The notes under the pieces are model-generated. The model worked only from the letters and a program-made list of their open reading frames with translations, ran no database searches and had not been told where the DNA came from. A program made the translations under genes and the position numbers. A stretch of 64,000 nt of DNA from Betaproteobacteria bacterium. Its GTDB lineage: Bacteria > Pseudomonadota > Gammaproteobacteria > Burkholderiales > SG8-39. Shown in pieces: positions 9,936 to 18,944 of this stretch (its first letter is position 1; the number at the start of each line of letters is the position of its first letter). The DNA is taken from positions 5,083 through 69,082 of the forward strand of contig JADJPT010000014.1 in assembly GCA_016713125.1 (NCBI GenBank), in the 5' to 3' direction.

Positions 9936-11015
9936 ATGGCGCAACACAAGATCGCGGTGATCCCCGGCGACGGCATCGGCCGCGAAGTCATGCCCGAGGG
10001 CGTGCGCGTGCTCGAGGCGGTCGGCGCCAAATACGGCATCGGCTTCGAGTTCAAGGAATTCGACTGGAGCTGCGACTGGTACAAGCAGCACGGCAGGATG
10101 TGCCCGGACGAGGCGCCGGAAATCCTGAAGCAGTTCGACGCCGTGTACTTCGGCGCGGTGGGCAACCCGGCGATCGTGCCCGACCACATCTCCGCCTGGG
10201 GCCTGCTGATCAATTTCCGCCGCTGGTTCGACCTGTACGTGAACCTGCGCCCGGTACGCCTGTTCAAGGGCCTGCCCTGCCCGCTGGCCGGCCGCACGCC
10301 GGGCGAGATCGACTACTACGTGGTGCGCGAGAACACCGAGGGCGAATACTCCAGCCTGGGCGGGCGCATGTACGCCGGCACCGAGCACGAGGTGGTGCAG
10401 CAGATCTCCACCTTCTCGCGCCGCGGCGTCGACCGCATCATGAAGTACGGCTTCGAGCTGGCGCAGAAGAGGAAGAACCACCTCACTTCTTGCACCAAGT
10501 CCAATGGCATCACCATCACCATGCCCTACTGGGACGAGCGCTTCGCCGAGATGAAGAAGAACTTCCCGGACGTGAAGACCGACCAGTACCACGTCGATGG
10601 CCTGACCATACAGATGGTGCTGAACCCGGACCGCTTCGACGTCATCGTGGCCTCCAACCTGTTCGGCGACATCCTCTCCGACCTGGGCCCCGCCACCGCC
10701 GGCACCATCGGCATCGCGGCCTCGGGCAACATCAATCCGACGCGCGAGTTCCCCTCGATCTTCGAACCCGTGCACGGCTCGGCCCCGGACATCGCCGGCC
10801 GGAAGATCGCCAACCCGATCGCGCAGATCTGGTCCGGCGCGATGATGCTGGAGCACCTCGGGCACCACGATGCGGCGGCAGCCATCATGCGCGCCATCGA
10901 GGACGTCATCGTCGCCGGCCCCCACACCCCGGACATGAAGGGCAAGGCGCACACCGCCGAGGTCGGCGCGGCCATCGCCGAGCACATCCGCGGCCAGCAG
11001 AGGAAGGCCGCATGA
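9936..11015 (+). CDS. tartrate dehydrogenase / 3-isopropylmalate dehydrogenase family oxidoreductase (paralog 1)
   Basis: Within ORF 9786..11015(+). The start is MAQHKIAVIPGDGIGREV. It carries the isocitrate/IPM dehydrogenase signature NLFGDILSDLGPATAGTIGIAASGNI. Confidence 0.8.
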   Translation: MAQHKIAVIPGDGIGREVMPEGVRVLEAVGAKYGIGFEFKEFDWSCDWYKQHGRMCPDEAPEILKQFDAVYFGAVGNPAIVPDHISAWGLLINFRRWFDLYVNLRPVRLFKGLPCPLAGRTPGEIDYYVVRENTEGEYSSLGGRMYAGTEHEVVQQISTFSRRGVDRIMKYGFELAQKRKNHLTSCTKSNGITITMPYWDERFAEMKKNFPDVKTDQYHVDGLTIQMVLNPDRFDVIVASNLFGDILSDLGPATAGTIGIAASGNINPTREFPSIFEPVHGSAPDIAGRKIANPIAQIWSGAMMLEHLGHHDAAAAIMRAIEDVIVAGPHTPDMKGKAHTAEVGAAIAEHIRGQQRKAA

Positions 11016-12064
11016 AGACCCATCGCATCGCCTCGATTCCCGGTGACGGCATCGGCATCGAGGTCATCGCCGAAGGCGAGAAGGTCCTCAAGGCGCTGGC
11101 CGCCAGGGGCGGCGGCTACGCCATGGAGTTCACTCCCTTCGACTGGGGCTCGGCGCGCTACAAGTCCACCGGCGAATACATGCCCGCCGACTACGCCGCG
11201 ATCCTCAAGCAGTTCGACGCCATCTTCTTCGGTGCGGTCGGCGCGCCCGATGTGCCGGACCACATCTCGCTGTGGGGCCTGCGGCTGCCGATCTGCCAGG
11301 GCTTCGACCAGTACGCCAACGTGCGCCCGGCGCGCGTGCTGCCCGGCATCACCAGTCCGCTGGTGAAGGGCAGGGACATCGACTGGGTGATCATCCGCGA
11401 GAACTCGGAAGGCGAGTACTCGGGCTCGGGCGGCCGGGTGCACCGCGGCCTGCCGGACGAAGTCGCCACCGAGACCTCGGTGTTCACGCGCAGCGGCGTC
11501 GAGCGCATCCATCGCTTCGCCTTCGAACTGGCCGGCAAGCGGCCGCGCAAACACCTGACGCTGGTAACCAAGTCGAACGCGCAGCGCCACGGCATGGTGA
11601 TGTGGGACGAAATCTTCTTCGCCGTTGCCCGGGACTACCCGGAGGTGAAATGGGATCGCGAGCTGGTCGACGCCGTGACCACGCGCATGACGCTGAAGCC
11701 CCACACCCTGGACACCATCGTCGCCACCAACCTGCACGCCGACATCCTCTCCGACCTGGCCGCCGCCCTGTCGGGAAGCCTGGGCATCGCGCCGACCGCC
11801 AACCTGAACCCCGAGCGCACGTTTCCGTCGATGTTCGAACCCATCCACGGTTCGGCCTTCGACATCACGGGCAAGGGCGTGGCCAATCCGATCGCCACCT
11901 TCTGGACGGCGTCGATGATGCTCGAGCACCTTGGCGAGGCGTCGGCCGCGGCCCGGCTGATGGTGGCGATCGAGAAGGTCACCGCCGCCAAGGTGTTCAC
12001 GCCGGACCTGGGCGGCAAGGCGAACACCGCGGAGGTCACGGCCGCCGTGATCGCCGCGCTCTGA
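11012..12064 (+). CDS. tartrate dehydrogenase/decarboxylase-like oxidoreductase (paralog 2)
   Basis: This is the second half of the artefactual 769-aa ORF 9755..12064(+). The start [18 protein letters not shown] at 11012 overlaps the upstream stop (ATGA). Signature [26 protein letters not shown]. Confidence 0.85.
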   Translation: MKTHRIASIPGDGIGIEVIAEGEKVLKALAARGGGYAMEFTPFDWGSARYKSTGEYMPADYAAILKQFDAIFFGAVGAPDVPDHISLWGLRLPICQGFDQYANVRPARVLPGITSPLVKGRDIDWVIIRENSEGEYSGSGGRVHRGLPDEVATETSVFTRSGVERIHRFAFELAGKRPRKHLTLVTKSNAQRHGMVMWDEIFFAVARDYPEVKWDRELVDAVTTRMTLKPHTLDTIVATNLHADILSDLAAALSGSLGIAPTANLNPERTFPSMFEPIHGSAFDITGKGVANPIATFWTASMMLEHLGEASAAARLMVAIEKVTAAKVFTPDLGGKANTAEVTAAVIAAL

Positions 12065-12161
12065 ACCACACCGGATTCGGGAGAGATTCTCGAACTTTCA
12101 TTTTTCGAGATTGGCTCCTGGAGCGGATTTCCGGGCAGTTTCTGTATCGGTAAAGATACAT

Positions 12162-12647
12162 ATGCCAGCCAATCACCCCGACATTCGCGAAGCGTCCACG
12201 GCCGCCGATATCGCGACGGCGCGCGCCCTGTTCGAGGAGTACGCCGCAGGACTGGGCGTCGACCTGTGCTTCCAGGGTTTTGCCGAAGAGCTGTCCGGCC
12301 TGCCCGGCGACTACGCCCCGCCTGCCGGCGCCCTGCTGCTCGCCTGGGATGCCGGCCATCCGCTGGGCTGCGTGGCCCTGCACCGCTTCGCACCCGGGGT
12401 CGCCGAGATGAAGCGGCTCTACGTTCGCCCCGCGGGCCGCGGCCTGGGCCTGGGCCGACGCCTGTGCCAGGCCGTGCTCGAGCGCGCGCGCGCCGCCGGC
12501 TACGCCTGCCTGCGCCTGGACACCCTGGCGCAGATGCGCGAAGCGCAGGCCCTGTATCGCAGCCTGGGCTTTCGCGAGATCCCCGCTTACCGGCACAATC
12601 CCCTGCCGGGCCCCGTCTACATGGAATTGCAACTGCGACAGGAATGA
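12162..12647 (+). CDS. GNAT family N-acetyltransferase
   Basis: Within ORF 12111..12647(+). ATG at [12 protein letters not shown]. Acetyl-CoA motif [17 protein letters not shown]. Confidence 0.75.
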   Translation: MPANHPDIREASTAADIATARALFEEYAAGLGVDLCFQGFAEELSGLPGDYAPPAGALLLAWDAGHPLGCVALHRFAPGVAEMKRLYVRPAGRGLGLGRRLCQAVLERARAAGYACLRLDTLAQMREAQALYRSLGFREIPAYRHNPLPGPVYMELQLRQE

Positions 12648-12654
12648 ATACCCC

Positions 12655-13248
12655 GTGATGAAGACCGTTTGCGTGTTCTGCGGCGCCAATGCCGGCGCCA
12701 ACCCCGCGTACGCCGAGGCCGCGCGCGCCTTCGGCACCCTGCTGGCGAAGACCGGCCGACGCCTGGTCACCGGAGGCGGTCGCGTCGGCCTGATGGGCGT
12801 CGTCGCCGATGCGGCGCTGGCGGCCGGCGGCGAGGCGGTGGGCGTGATCCCGACCAGCCTGCTGGAGAAGGAAGTGCAGCACAAGGGGCTGACCGAACTG
12901 CACGTGGTCGACACGATGCACGAGCGCAAGGCGATGATGGCCGAACTGTCCGACGGCTTCGTCGCCCTGCCCGGGGGCATCGGCACGCTGGAGGAGTTCT
13001 TCGAGGTCTGGACCTGGGCGCAGATCGGCCTGCACGGCAAGCCCTACGGCTTGCTCGATGCCGCCGGCTTCTACTCGCCGCTGTTCGCCTTCCTGCAGAA
13101 AGTGGTGGACGACAAGTTCCTGCGCCCCGAACACCTGGGCATGGTCTATATCGAGACCGCCGGCGAGCGGCTGCTCGAGCGCATGGACGCGCATCGCCCG
13201 GTGGTGGTGTCGAAGTGGATCGACGAACTGGTCAAGAAGGTCCTTTGA
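12655..13248 (+). CDS. LOG family (TIGR00730) cytokinin riboside 5'-monophosphate phosphoribohydrolase-like protein
   Basis: ORF 12655..13248(+), 197 aa. LOG family motifs are present: [19 protein letters not shown] and PGGIGTLEE. Confidence 0.85.
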   Translation: MMKTVCVFCGANAGANPAYAEAARAFGTLLAKTGRRLVTGGGRVGLMGVVADAALAAGGEAVGVIPTSLLEKEVQHKGLTELHVVDTMHERKAMMAELSDGFVALPGGIGTLEEFFEVWTWAQIGLHGKPYGLLDAAGFYSPLFAFLQKVVDDKFLRPEHLGMVYIETAGERLLERMDAHRPVVVSKWIDELVKKVL

Positions 13249-13279
13249 TTCGCCGCATGCCCGGCGGAACGGAACCCCC

Positions 13280-13474
13280 ATGCGCCTGATACTCGCGATC
13301 TTCCTGCCCTTCCTCGCCTTCTTCACCATCGGCCGGCCGATCGCCGGCATCATCTGCCTGATCCTGCAGATCACCCTGATCGGCTGGTTGCCGGCGGCGA
13401 TCTGGGCGGTCTATGCCCTGGGCCAGTACAAGACCGACAGGAAGATCGAGCAGGCCCTGGGGCGCAAGGACTGA
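13280..13474 (+). CDS. small two-TM membrane protein (YqaE/Pmp3-like)
   Basis: Within ORF 13058..13474(+). Start at Met75: MRLILAIFLPFLAFFTIGRPIAGIICLILQITLIGWLPAAIWAVYALGQYKTDRKIEQALGRKD, 64 aa. The family assignment is by pattern only. Confidence 0.5.
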   Translation: MRLILAIFLPFLAFFTIGRPIAGIICLILQITLIGWLPAAIWAVYALGQYKTDRKIEQALGRKD

Positions 13475-13490
13475 GGCGCGCCGGGCGGCG

Positions 13491-14677
13491 CTAGATCGGC
13501 CGCCCGTCGGCACGCGCGCGCAGCAGGATCGGTGCAAAGCGCCATACGAACAGCACGAAGGCCAGCGCCCACAGCGCGCCGGAAACGGCGACCGCAGGCA
13601 GGTAGGCCGCCGGCCACAGCAGTGGCGTTGCCACACGCGCCAGCGCCGCCAGGTTGAGCAGCACGTAGCCGGCGGTTTCCGCCGCCCCGGGCGTCAGCGG
13701 CAGCCCGCTGTGGCCGCGCGCGGTGCGCGTCATCATGCCCAGCGTCATGCCGCCGACCGCACCCACGGTCAGCGCATGCGTGGCGGCGCTGGCCGGCACC
13801 AGGTCCAGCGCCGCGCCGGCACGCAGCGCGAGGTAGACGACGATCCAGGCGTAGGCCGCGTGCAGCACCCACACCAGCGGGTGGCGCAGCGTGCGCCAGG
13901 GCTTCCAGAGGGCCAGCCGCGCCGCCTGCGCCAGCGCCGCCAGCGCACAGACCGCCGCCAGCGCCGGCGCGGGCGCACCGCCGGCGTCCACCACCAGCAT
14001 GGCCAGCACGCTGCCCGGCGCGACGCGTTCCAGCCAGGGGCGCGCCGCGCCCCGCAGCCCGGCACGCCGTTGTTGGTGAACATGGGGATCACGCGCCCGC
14101 CCATCACCACCATCACGAACAGGATCAGGTCCAGGCCCAGCTGCAGGCCGAACTGCAGCGGCAGGTCGAGCACGCCGGCCATCGTCAGGTGAAAGACCAG
14201 GTTGGCCGCACCCATGCCCAGCAGCAGCACGACGAAAAAGTAGTTGCGTCGGTTGCGTGCGACGACCAGCGGCACGGCCAGTCCCAGCGCGGCGGCCAGC
14301 GCGAAGGCCGTATCGGCCGCCGCGGCCAGCAGCGGCCAGGGCGTGAGCACCAGCAGGCGACCGGCCAGCCAAAGGGCCGCGATGGCGGCCAGACGCCAGC
14401 CCGCGGGCGTGGGCTGCCCGCTCCAGTTACGTCCGGCGGTGAACAGGAAGCCGACGATCACGGCGAAGGCGAAGCCGAAGATCATCTCGTGCGCATGCCA
14501 CAGCGGCGAGCGCAGGAATGCGTGACCCAGCACGCCGGCGAACTCGGCCACCCACAGCGGCACGGAGATCGCCGCCAGTGCACCGGCCAGCAGGTAGAAC
14601 GGGCGGAAGCCCAGGTCCCAGAGCGCCATGCGGCGCGCTGCCGGGGTCTCGGGCTCGAGAATCGTCAGGCCAGCCAT
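13491..14677 (-). pseudogene. nnrS: NnrS family protein (haem/copper membrane protein of denitrification regulons), frameshifted near 14050-14057
   Basis: The N-terminal part is in ORF 13769..15037(-), from MAGLTILEPE to ...GGRVIPMFTNNGVPG. The C-terminal part LRGAARPWLERVAPGSVLAMLVVDA...LLRARADGRPI is in ORF 13491..14372(-). The junction reads ccgggctgcgg where ccgggcctgcgg would restore the frame. Confidence 0.8.
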
Positions 14678-15336
14678 TATTGGAGCATGGCGACGTCGGC
14701 GAGCGGCCCGCCGTCCCCGTCGTCGCCGGTACCGGGCGTCACGAAAGCGCCCTTCTCCACGTCCAGTATCTGCACCACGCCCTCCTCGATCACGTAATAC
14801 CAGCCGTGCAGGAACAGTCCTCCATCCTCGACGCGGCGCGCCACCATCGGGTAGTCCATCAGGCGCTCGAGCTGCAGGATCACCGAACGCTGCTCGGTGC
14901 GGCGCAGCGCCTCCTGGGATTCGGTCACCGGCAGCGCCGCATCGCGCGCCAGTTCCAGCCATACGCGCATGTGATGCGCCTCGGGATGCACTTCGTTGTA
15001 GAGCGCGCGGACCGCACCGCAGTGTGAATGGCCGCACACCACGATGTCGTGCACGCCCAGATTCAGGACCGCGAATTCGATCGCGGCCGCGGTGCCGTGG
15101 TAGCCCTGCGACGCGTCGAACGGCGGAACCAGGTTGCCGACGTTTCGCACCACGAACAGCTCGCCCGGACCGCTGTCGGTCAAAAGGTAGGGAACGATGC
15201 GCGAATCCGAGCAGCCGATGAACAGCGTGGTCGGATGCTGGCCGCCTTCGACCAGCGCCTTGAAGCGGCTGCGATAGCGCGGGAAGAAGCGCGTCTGGAA
15301 GCGTCGCAGCCTGCGCGTGATCTCCTCGTCGACCAT
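14677..15336 (-). CDS. beta-class carbonic anhydrase
   Basis: ORF 14677..15375(-). The ATG at MVDEEITRRL (15336) is preferred over the GTG at 15375. Zinc-ligand motifs CSDSR and GHSHCGA are present. The stop overlaps the nnrS start (TAATG). Confidence 0.9.
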   Translation of the reverse strand: MVDEEITRRLRRFQTRFFPRYRSRFKALVEGGQHPTTLFIGCSDSRIVPYLLTDSGPGELFVVRNVGNLVPPFDASQGYHGTAAAIEFAVLNLGVHDIVVCGHSHCGAVRALYNEVHPEAHHMRVWLELARDAALPVTESQEALRRTEQRSVILQLERLMDYPMVARRVEDGGLFLHGWYYVIEEGVVQILDVEKGAFVTPGTGDDGDGGPLADVAMLQ

Positions 15337-15352
15337 CGGACTCAGGCCGTGT

Positions 15353-16018
15353 TCACTGCACGAGGGGAGCGCCACCCAGCACCTGCAGGTACTGGGCCAG
15401 CGCGCGCTCCAGCGCCTTGCGCTGCAAGCGGGCTGCCACCTGTGCGCGCACGGTCTCGAAGGGCAGTTGGCGACCCGCCTCGCGGCGGTCGACCGCGATG
15501 ATGTGAAAGCCGTAGCGCGTCGCCACCAGGCGAGGCAGCAGACCGGTGGAAGCGCCCTCGAACAGGGCGCGCTCGAACTCCGGCACCGTGTCGCCGCGCC
15601 CCAGCTGGCCCAGATTGCCGCCTTGCGCGCCCGAGGGGCAGTTCGAGCATTCGGCGGCCAGCGCCGCGAAGCGCGCCGGATCGAGCTGCAGTTCGGACAG
15701 CGTGAGTTCGGCCTTGCGGCGGATCAGGTCCAGCGGCGCGCCCGGCGTCACGGCGAACAGGATGTGGCGGGCAAACGCCAGCTCTCCGCTGGCGTAGCGG
15801 GCGGCATGCCGTTCGTAATGGCGGCGGCACTCCTCTTCGCTCGCCTCGGGAACGACGACCTCCCGCTCGAGCAGCGCCTCGATGGCCGCCGCCTCGCCCG
15901 ACTCGCCCTCGCCTGCGGCGATGCCCAGTGCGGCCGCCCTGGCCAGCAGCAGCGCGCGAAGCCCGGCTTCGGTTCCGGCGATTTCCGCCCCCGTGCTTTC
16001 CTTGTCCGGCGTATGCAT
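15353..16018 (-). CDS. PpiC/parvulin-type peptidyl-prolyl isomerase (NifM-like), nar-associated
   Basis: Within ORF 15353..16093(-). The start is MHTPDKEST (Met26). Parvulin core: ARHILF...CSNCPSGAQGGNLGQLGRGDTVPEFERALF...RYGFHIIAV. Confidence 0.75.
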   Translation of the reverse strand: MHTPDKESTGAEIAGTEAGLRALLLARAAALGIAAGEGESGEAAAIEALLEREVVVPEASEEECRRHYERHAARYASGELAFARHILFAVTPGAPLDLIRRKAELTLSELQLDPARFAALAAECSNCPSGAQGGNLGQLGRGDTVPEFERALFEGASTGLLPRLVATRYGFHIIAVDRREAGRQLPFETVRAQVAARLQRKALERALAQYLQVLGGAPLVQ

Positions 16019-16022
16019 GGTC

Positions 16023-16718
16023 TCAGCCCCTCTGACGCACGATCTGGTAGGCGCGCACGACGTAGGCGAGTGCACCGAAGCCGCTCCACACATGCACGAG
16101 TCGGCTGAACGGGAACACCAGGAAGATCGTCATGCCCAGCACCAGATGCAGCTTGAACACCAGCGCCACGCCCTGCACGAAATCGGCCGCACCGCCGCGC
16201 AAGGTGACGATGTGCTGGGCCCAGCTCATCAGCTTGATCATCTCCGCGCCATCCATGTGCTGCAGGGACACGAAGATGCTCGCCAGGCCCAGCAGCAGCT
16301 GGGCAAGCAGCAGGAACAGCACCAGCAGGTCCGCCGGCCGCGTATTGACGCGTATGCGCGGTTCGGAAAGCCTGCGGTGGATCAGCAGCAGCAGCCCGGC
16401 CAGGCAGGCCAGCCCGGCCGCACCGCCCGCCACCACCGCCAGGCCCTGCTTGGCCTGCGCACTGACGCCCAGCGCATGCCAGACCGCCAGCGGCGTCAGC
16501 AGGCCGAACAGGTGACCAAAGAAGATTCCCAGGATGCCCAGGTGGAACAGGTTGGAGCCCCAGCGCAACTGGCCGCGGCGCAGCAACTGGCTGGAGTCGC
16601 TTTTCCAGGTGTACTGCTCGCGGTCGAAGCGGATCAGGCTGCCGAGCAGGAACACCGTCAGGCAGATGTAGGGATACAGGCCGAACAGGAACTCGTGGGC
16701 GTATTGGCCGGAACTCAT
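16023..16718 (-). CDS. narI: respiratory nitrate reductase gamma subunit NarI
   Basis: Within ORF 16023..16817(-). The start is MSSGQYAHEFLFGLYPYI. It has haem-ligand His residues in TM helices and the typical NarI sequence RFDREQYTWKSDSSQLL. Confidence 0.95.
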   Translation of the reverse strand: MSSGQYAHEFLFGLYPYICLTVFLLGSLIRFDREQYTWKSDSSQLLRRGQLRWGSNLFHLGILGIFFGHLFGLLTPLAVWHALGVSAQAKQGLAVVAGGAAGLACLAGLLLLIHRRLSEPRIRVNTRPADLLVLFLLLAQLLLGLASIFVSLQHMDGAEMIKLMSWAQHIVTLRGGAADFVQGVALVFKLHLVLGMTIFLVFPFSRLVHVWSGFGALAYVVRAYQIVRQRG

Positions 16719-16731
16719 GGTGTCGCTCCTC

Positions 16732-17412
16732 TCACTGGGTTCTGGGCATGAAATGAACCGGCTGGGCACCGGCACCCGCCGCGGCGCCGGCCGCCGCACC
16801 GCACTCGCGCGCGGCACCCGGCCCGAACACCACCTCGGCGTCCATCCATTCCTCGTCCAGGCTGCGCTCGGGCACCGGCGCGACGCGCTTTCCGGCGGCG
16901 AATCCGGCCTCGCCGGCCATTGTCAGCAAGGCTGCGAACACCGCGGCGTAGCGGCTGTCGCGGTCACGCAGCGCCTCGCCGAGCGCGCGCAGGATATGCG
17001 CGCAATCGCACAGCATCTCCCTCACCTCGGCGGCCGGGCGCGTGGACAGGAACTCGAGAAGCATGGGCAGGTAGTCGGGCAGTTCGCTGCTCGCCACCAT
17101 GAAGCCCGCCCGCTCGTAGGTCTGCTTGAGATCGACCATCGCCGGACCGCGCTCGCGCGAGTCCCCGTGCACGTGCTCGAACAGGTTCAGCGAGGTATGG
17201 CGGCCGCGGTCGAACAGCTCGACATAACGCTCCTCGATCTCCAGCGGCTCGCCGGCCAGCAGTTCGTCGACCAGCGCATGCAGGGCCAGCTTGTCGCTGC
17301 GCCGCAGCGCGCGCTCGCCCTCCAGCACGCCGGCGATCTCCGGCAGTGCCGCGCGCAGCTCGCCGGTCGGGTATGTGAGCAGTGCGCCCAACGCCTTCAG
17401 GGTGATGTTCAT
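16732..17412 (-). CDS. narJ: nitrate reductase molybdenum cofactor assembly chaperone NarJ
   Basis: This is the C-terminal 226 codons of the composite ORF 16732..19587(-). The start is MNITLKALGALLTYPT, with a GAGGA motif upstream. The sequence YVELFDRGRHTSLNLFEHVHGDSRERG is NarJ-typical. Confidence 0.9.
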   Translation of the reverse strand: MNITLKALGALLTYPTGELRAALPEIAGVLEGERALRRSDKLALHALVDELLAGEPLEIEERYVELFDRGRHTSLNLFEHVHGDSRERGPAMVDLKQTYERAGFMVASSELPDYLPMLLEFLSTRPAAEVREMLCDCAHILRALGEALRDRDSRYAAVFAALLTMAGEAGFAAGKRVAPVPERSLDEEWMDAEVVFGPGAARECGAAAGAAAGAGAQPVHFMPRTQ

Positions 17413-17420
17413 CTCGTTCC

Positions 17421-18942
17421 TCATGCCTGCGCCTTGATGGGGATGGTCTTGCGTCCGCCGCCGAACAGGCTGGGCTTGCTCTCGCCGTCGGAACAGCCGT
17501 TGCCGAAGGAGAAGCCGCACCCGCCGCGCAGGTCGTAGGCGTCCTCCGCGTACTCCCGGTGCGTGGTCGGGATCACGAAGCGATCCTCGTAGTTGGCGAT
17601 CGCCATGTAGCGGTACATCTCCTCGACTTCGGCCGCCGTCAGGCCGGCCTGGGCGAGCACCTCGGCGTTCTCGCGCTTTTCCACGTGGCGATCGCGCATG
17701 TAGGCGCGCATGGCCAGCATGCGCTCCAGCGCGCGCGCCACCGGCGCCTCGTCGCCTGCGGTGAGCAGATTGGCCAGGTACTTCAGCGGAATGCGCAGGC
17801 TGCGCACGTCGGGCAGTTCGCCGAAGTTGCCGATCTGGCCGGCGTTGGCCGCGGCATTGATCGGCGAAAGCGGCGGCACGTACCAGACCATGGGCAGCGT
17901 CCGGTACTCCGGGTGCAGCGGCAATGCCACCTTCCAGTCCATGACCATCTTGTAGACCGGCGAAGCCCTGGCGGCGGTCAGCCAGGCTTCGGGCACGCCG
18001 TCGCGGCGCGCGGCCTCGATGACCGTCGGGTCGCGCGGATCGAGGAACAGGTCGAGCTGCGCCTGATAGAGGTCCTTGTCGTCGGCAACCGAGGCGGCCG
18101 CTTCGATCGCGTCGGCGTCGTAGAGCAGCACGCCGAGGTAGCGGATGCGGCCGACGCAGGTCTCCGAGCACACCGTGGGCTGGCCGGCCTCGATGCGCGG
18201 ATAGCAGAAGATGCACTTCTCGGCCTTGCCGCTCTGCCAGTTGTAGTAGATCTTCTTGTACGGGCAGCCCGAGACGCACATGCGCCAGCCGCGGCACTTG
18301 TCCTGGTCGATCAGCACGATGCCGTCCTCTTCGCGCTTGTAGATCGATCCCGACGGGCAGCTGGCCACGCAGGTCGGATTCAGGCAGTGCTCGCAAAGGC
18401 GCGGCAGGTACATCATGAAAGTGTTCTCGAACTGGCCGTAGATCTCCTTCTGGATGTCCTCGAAGTTGGCGTCCTTGGAGCGCTTGGCGAACTCGCCGCC
18501 CAGGATCTCCTCCCAGTTCGGACCCCACTCGATCTTCTCCATGCGCTCGCCGGTGATCAGCGAGCGCGGCCGCGCCACCGGCGTGGCCTTCATCTCCGGC
18601 GCCGTATGCAGGTGCTCGTAGTCGAAGGTGAACGGTTCGTAGTAGTCGTCGATCTGCGGCATGTTCGGATTGGCGAAGATCTTCATCAGGATCGACCACC
18701 GGCCGCCCTGCCGGGGTTCGATCCTGCCGTTGCCCTTTGCGCACCCAGCCGCCGTTCCACTTGTCCTGGTTTTCCCATTCCTCGGGGTAGCCGATGCCGG
18801 GCTTGGTTTCAACGTTGTTGAACCACGCATATTCCATGCCCTGCCGCGACGTCCAGACGTTTTTGCAAGTGACGGAACAGGTGTGACAGCCAATGCACTT
18901 GTCCAGGTTAAGGACCATGCCGATTTGAGCGCGAACTTTCAT
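17421..18942 (-). pseudogene. narH: respiratory nitrate reductase beta subunit NarH, frameshifted near 18733
   Basis: The first 70 codons, MKVRAQIGMVLNLDKCIGCHTCSVTCKNVW...GGWVRKG, lie in the frame of ORF 16732..19587(-). The rest, NGRIEPRQGGRWSILMKIFANP... to the stop, is ORF 17421..18893(-). The junction cgcaaagggcaacggc has one extra g relative to an in-frame cgc aaa ggc aac ggc. All Fe-S cysteine clusters are present. Confidence 0.95.
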
Positions 18943-18944
18943 GG

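Noticed and set aside
9755-12064. A 769-aa ORF suggesting a fused double dehydrogenase.
   Set aside because: Only the last 350 codons (from [13 protein letters not shown] at 11012) are family-like. The first half is an out-of-frame reading of paralog 1 (9936..11015).
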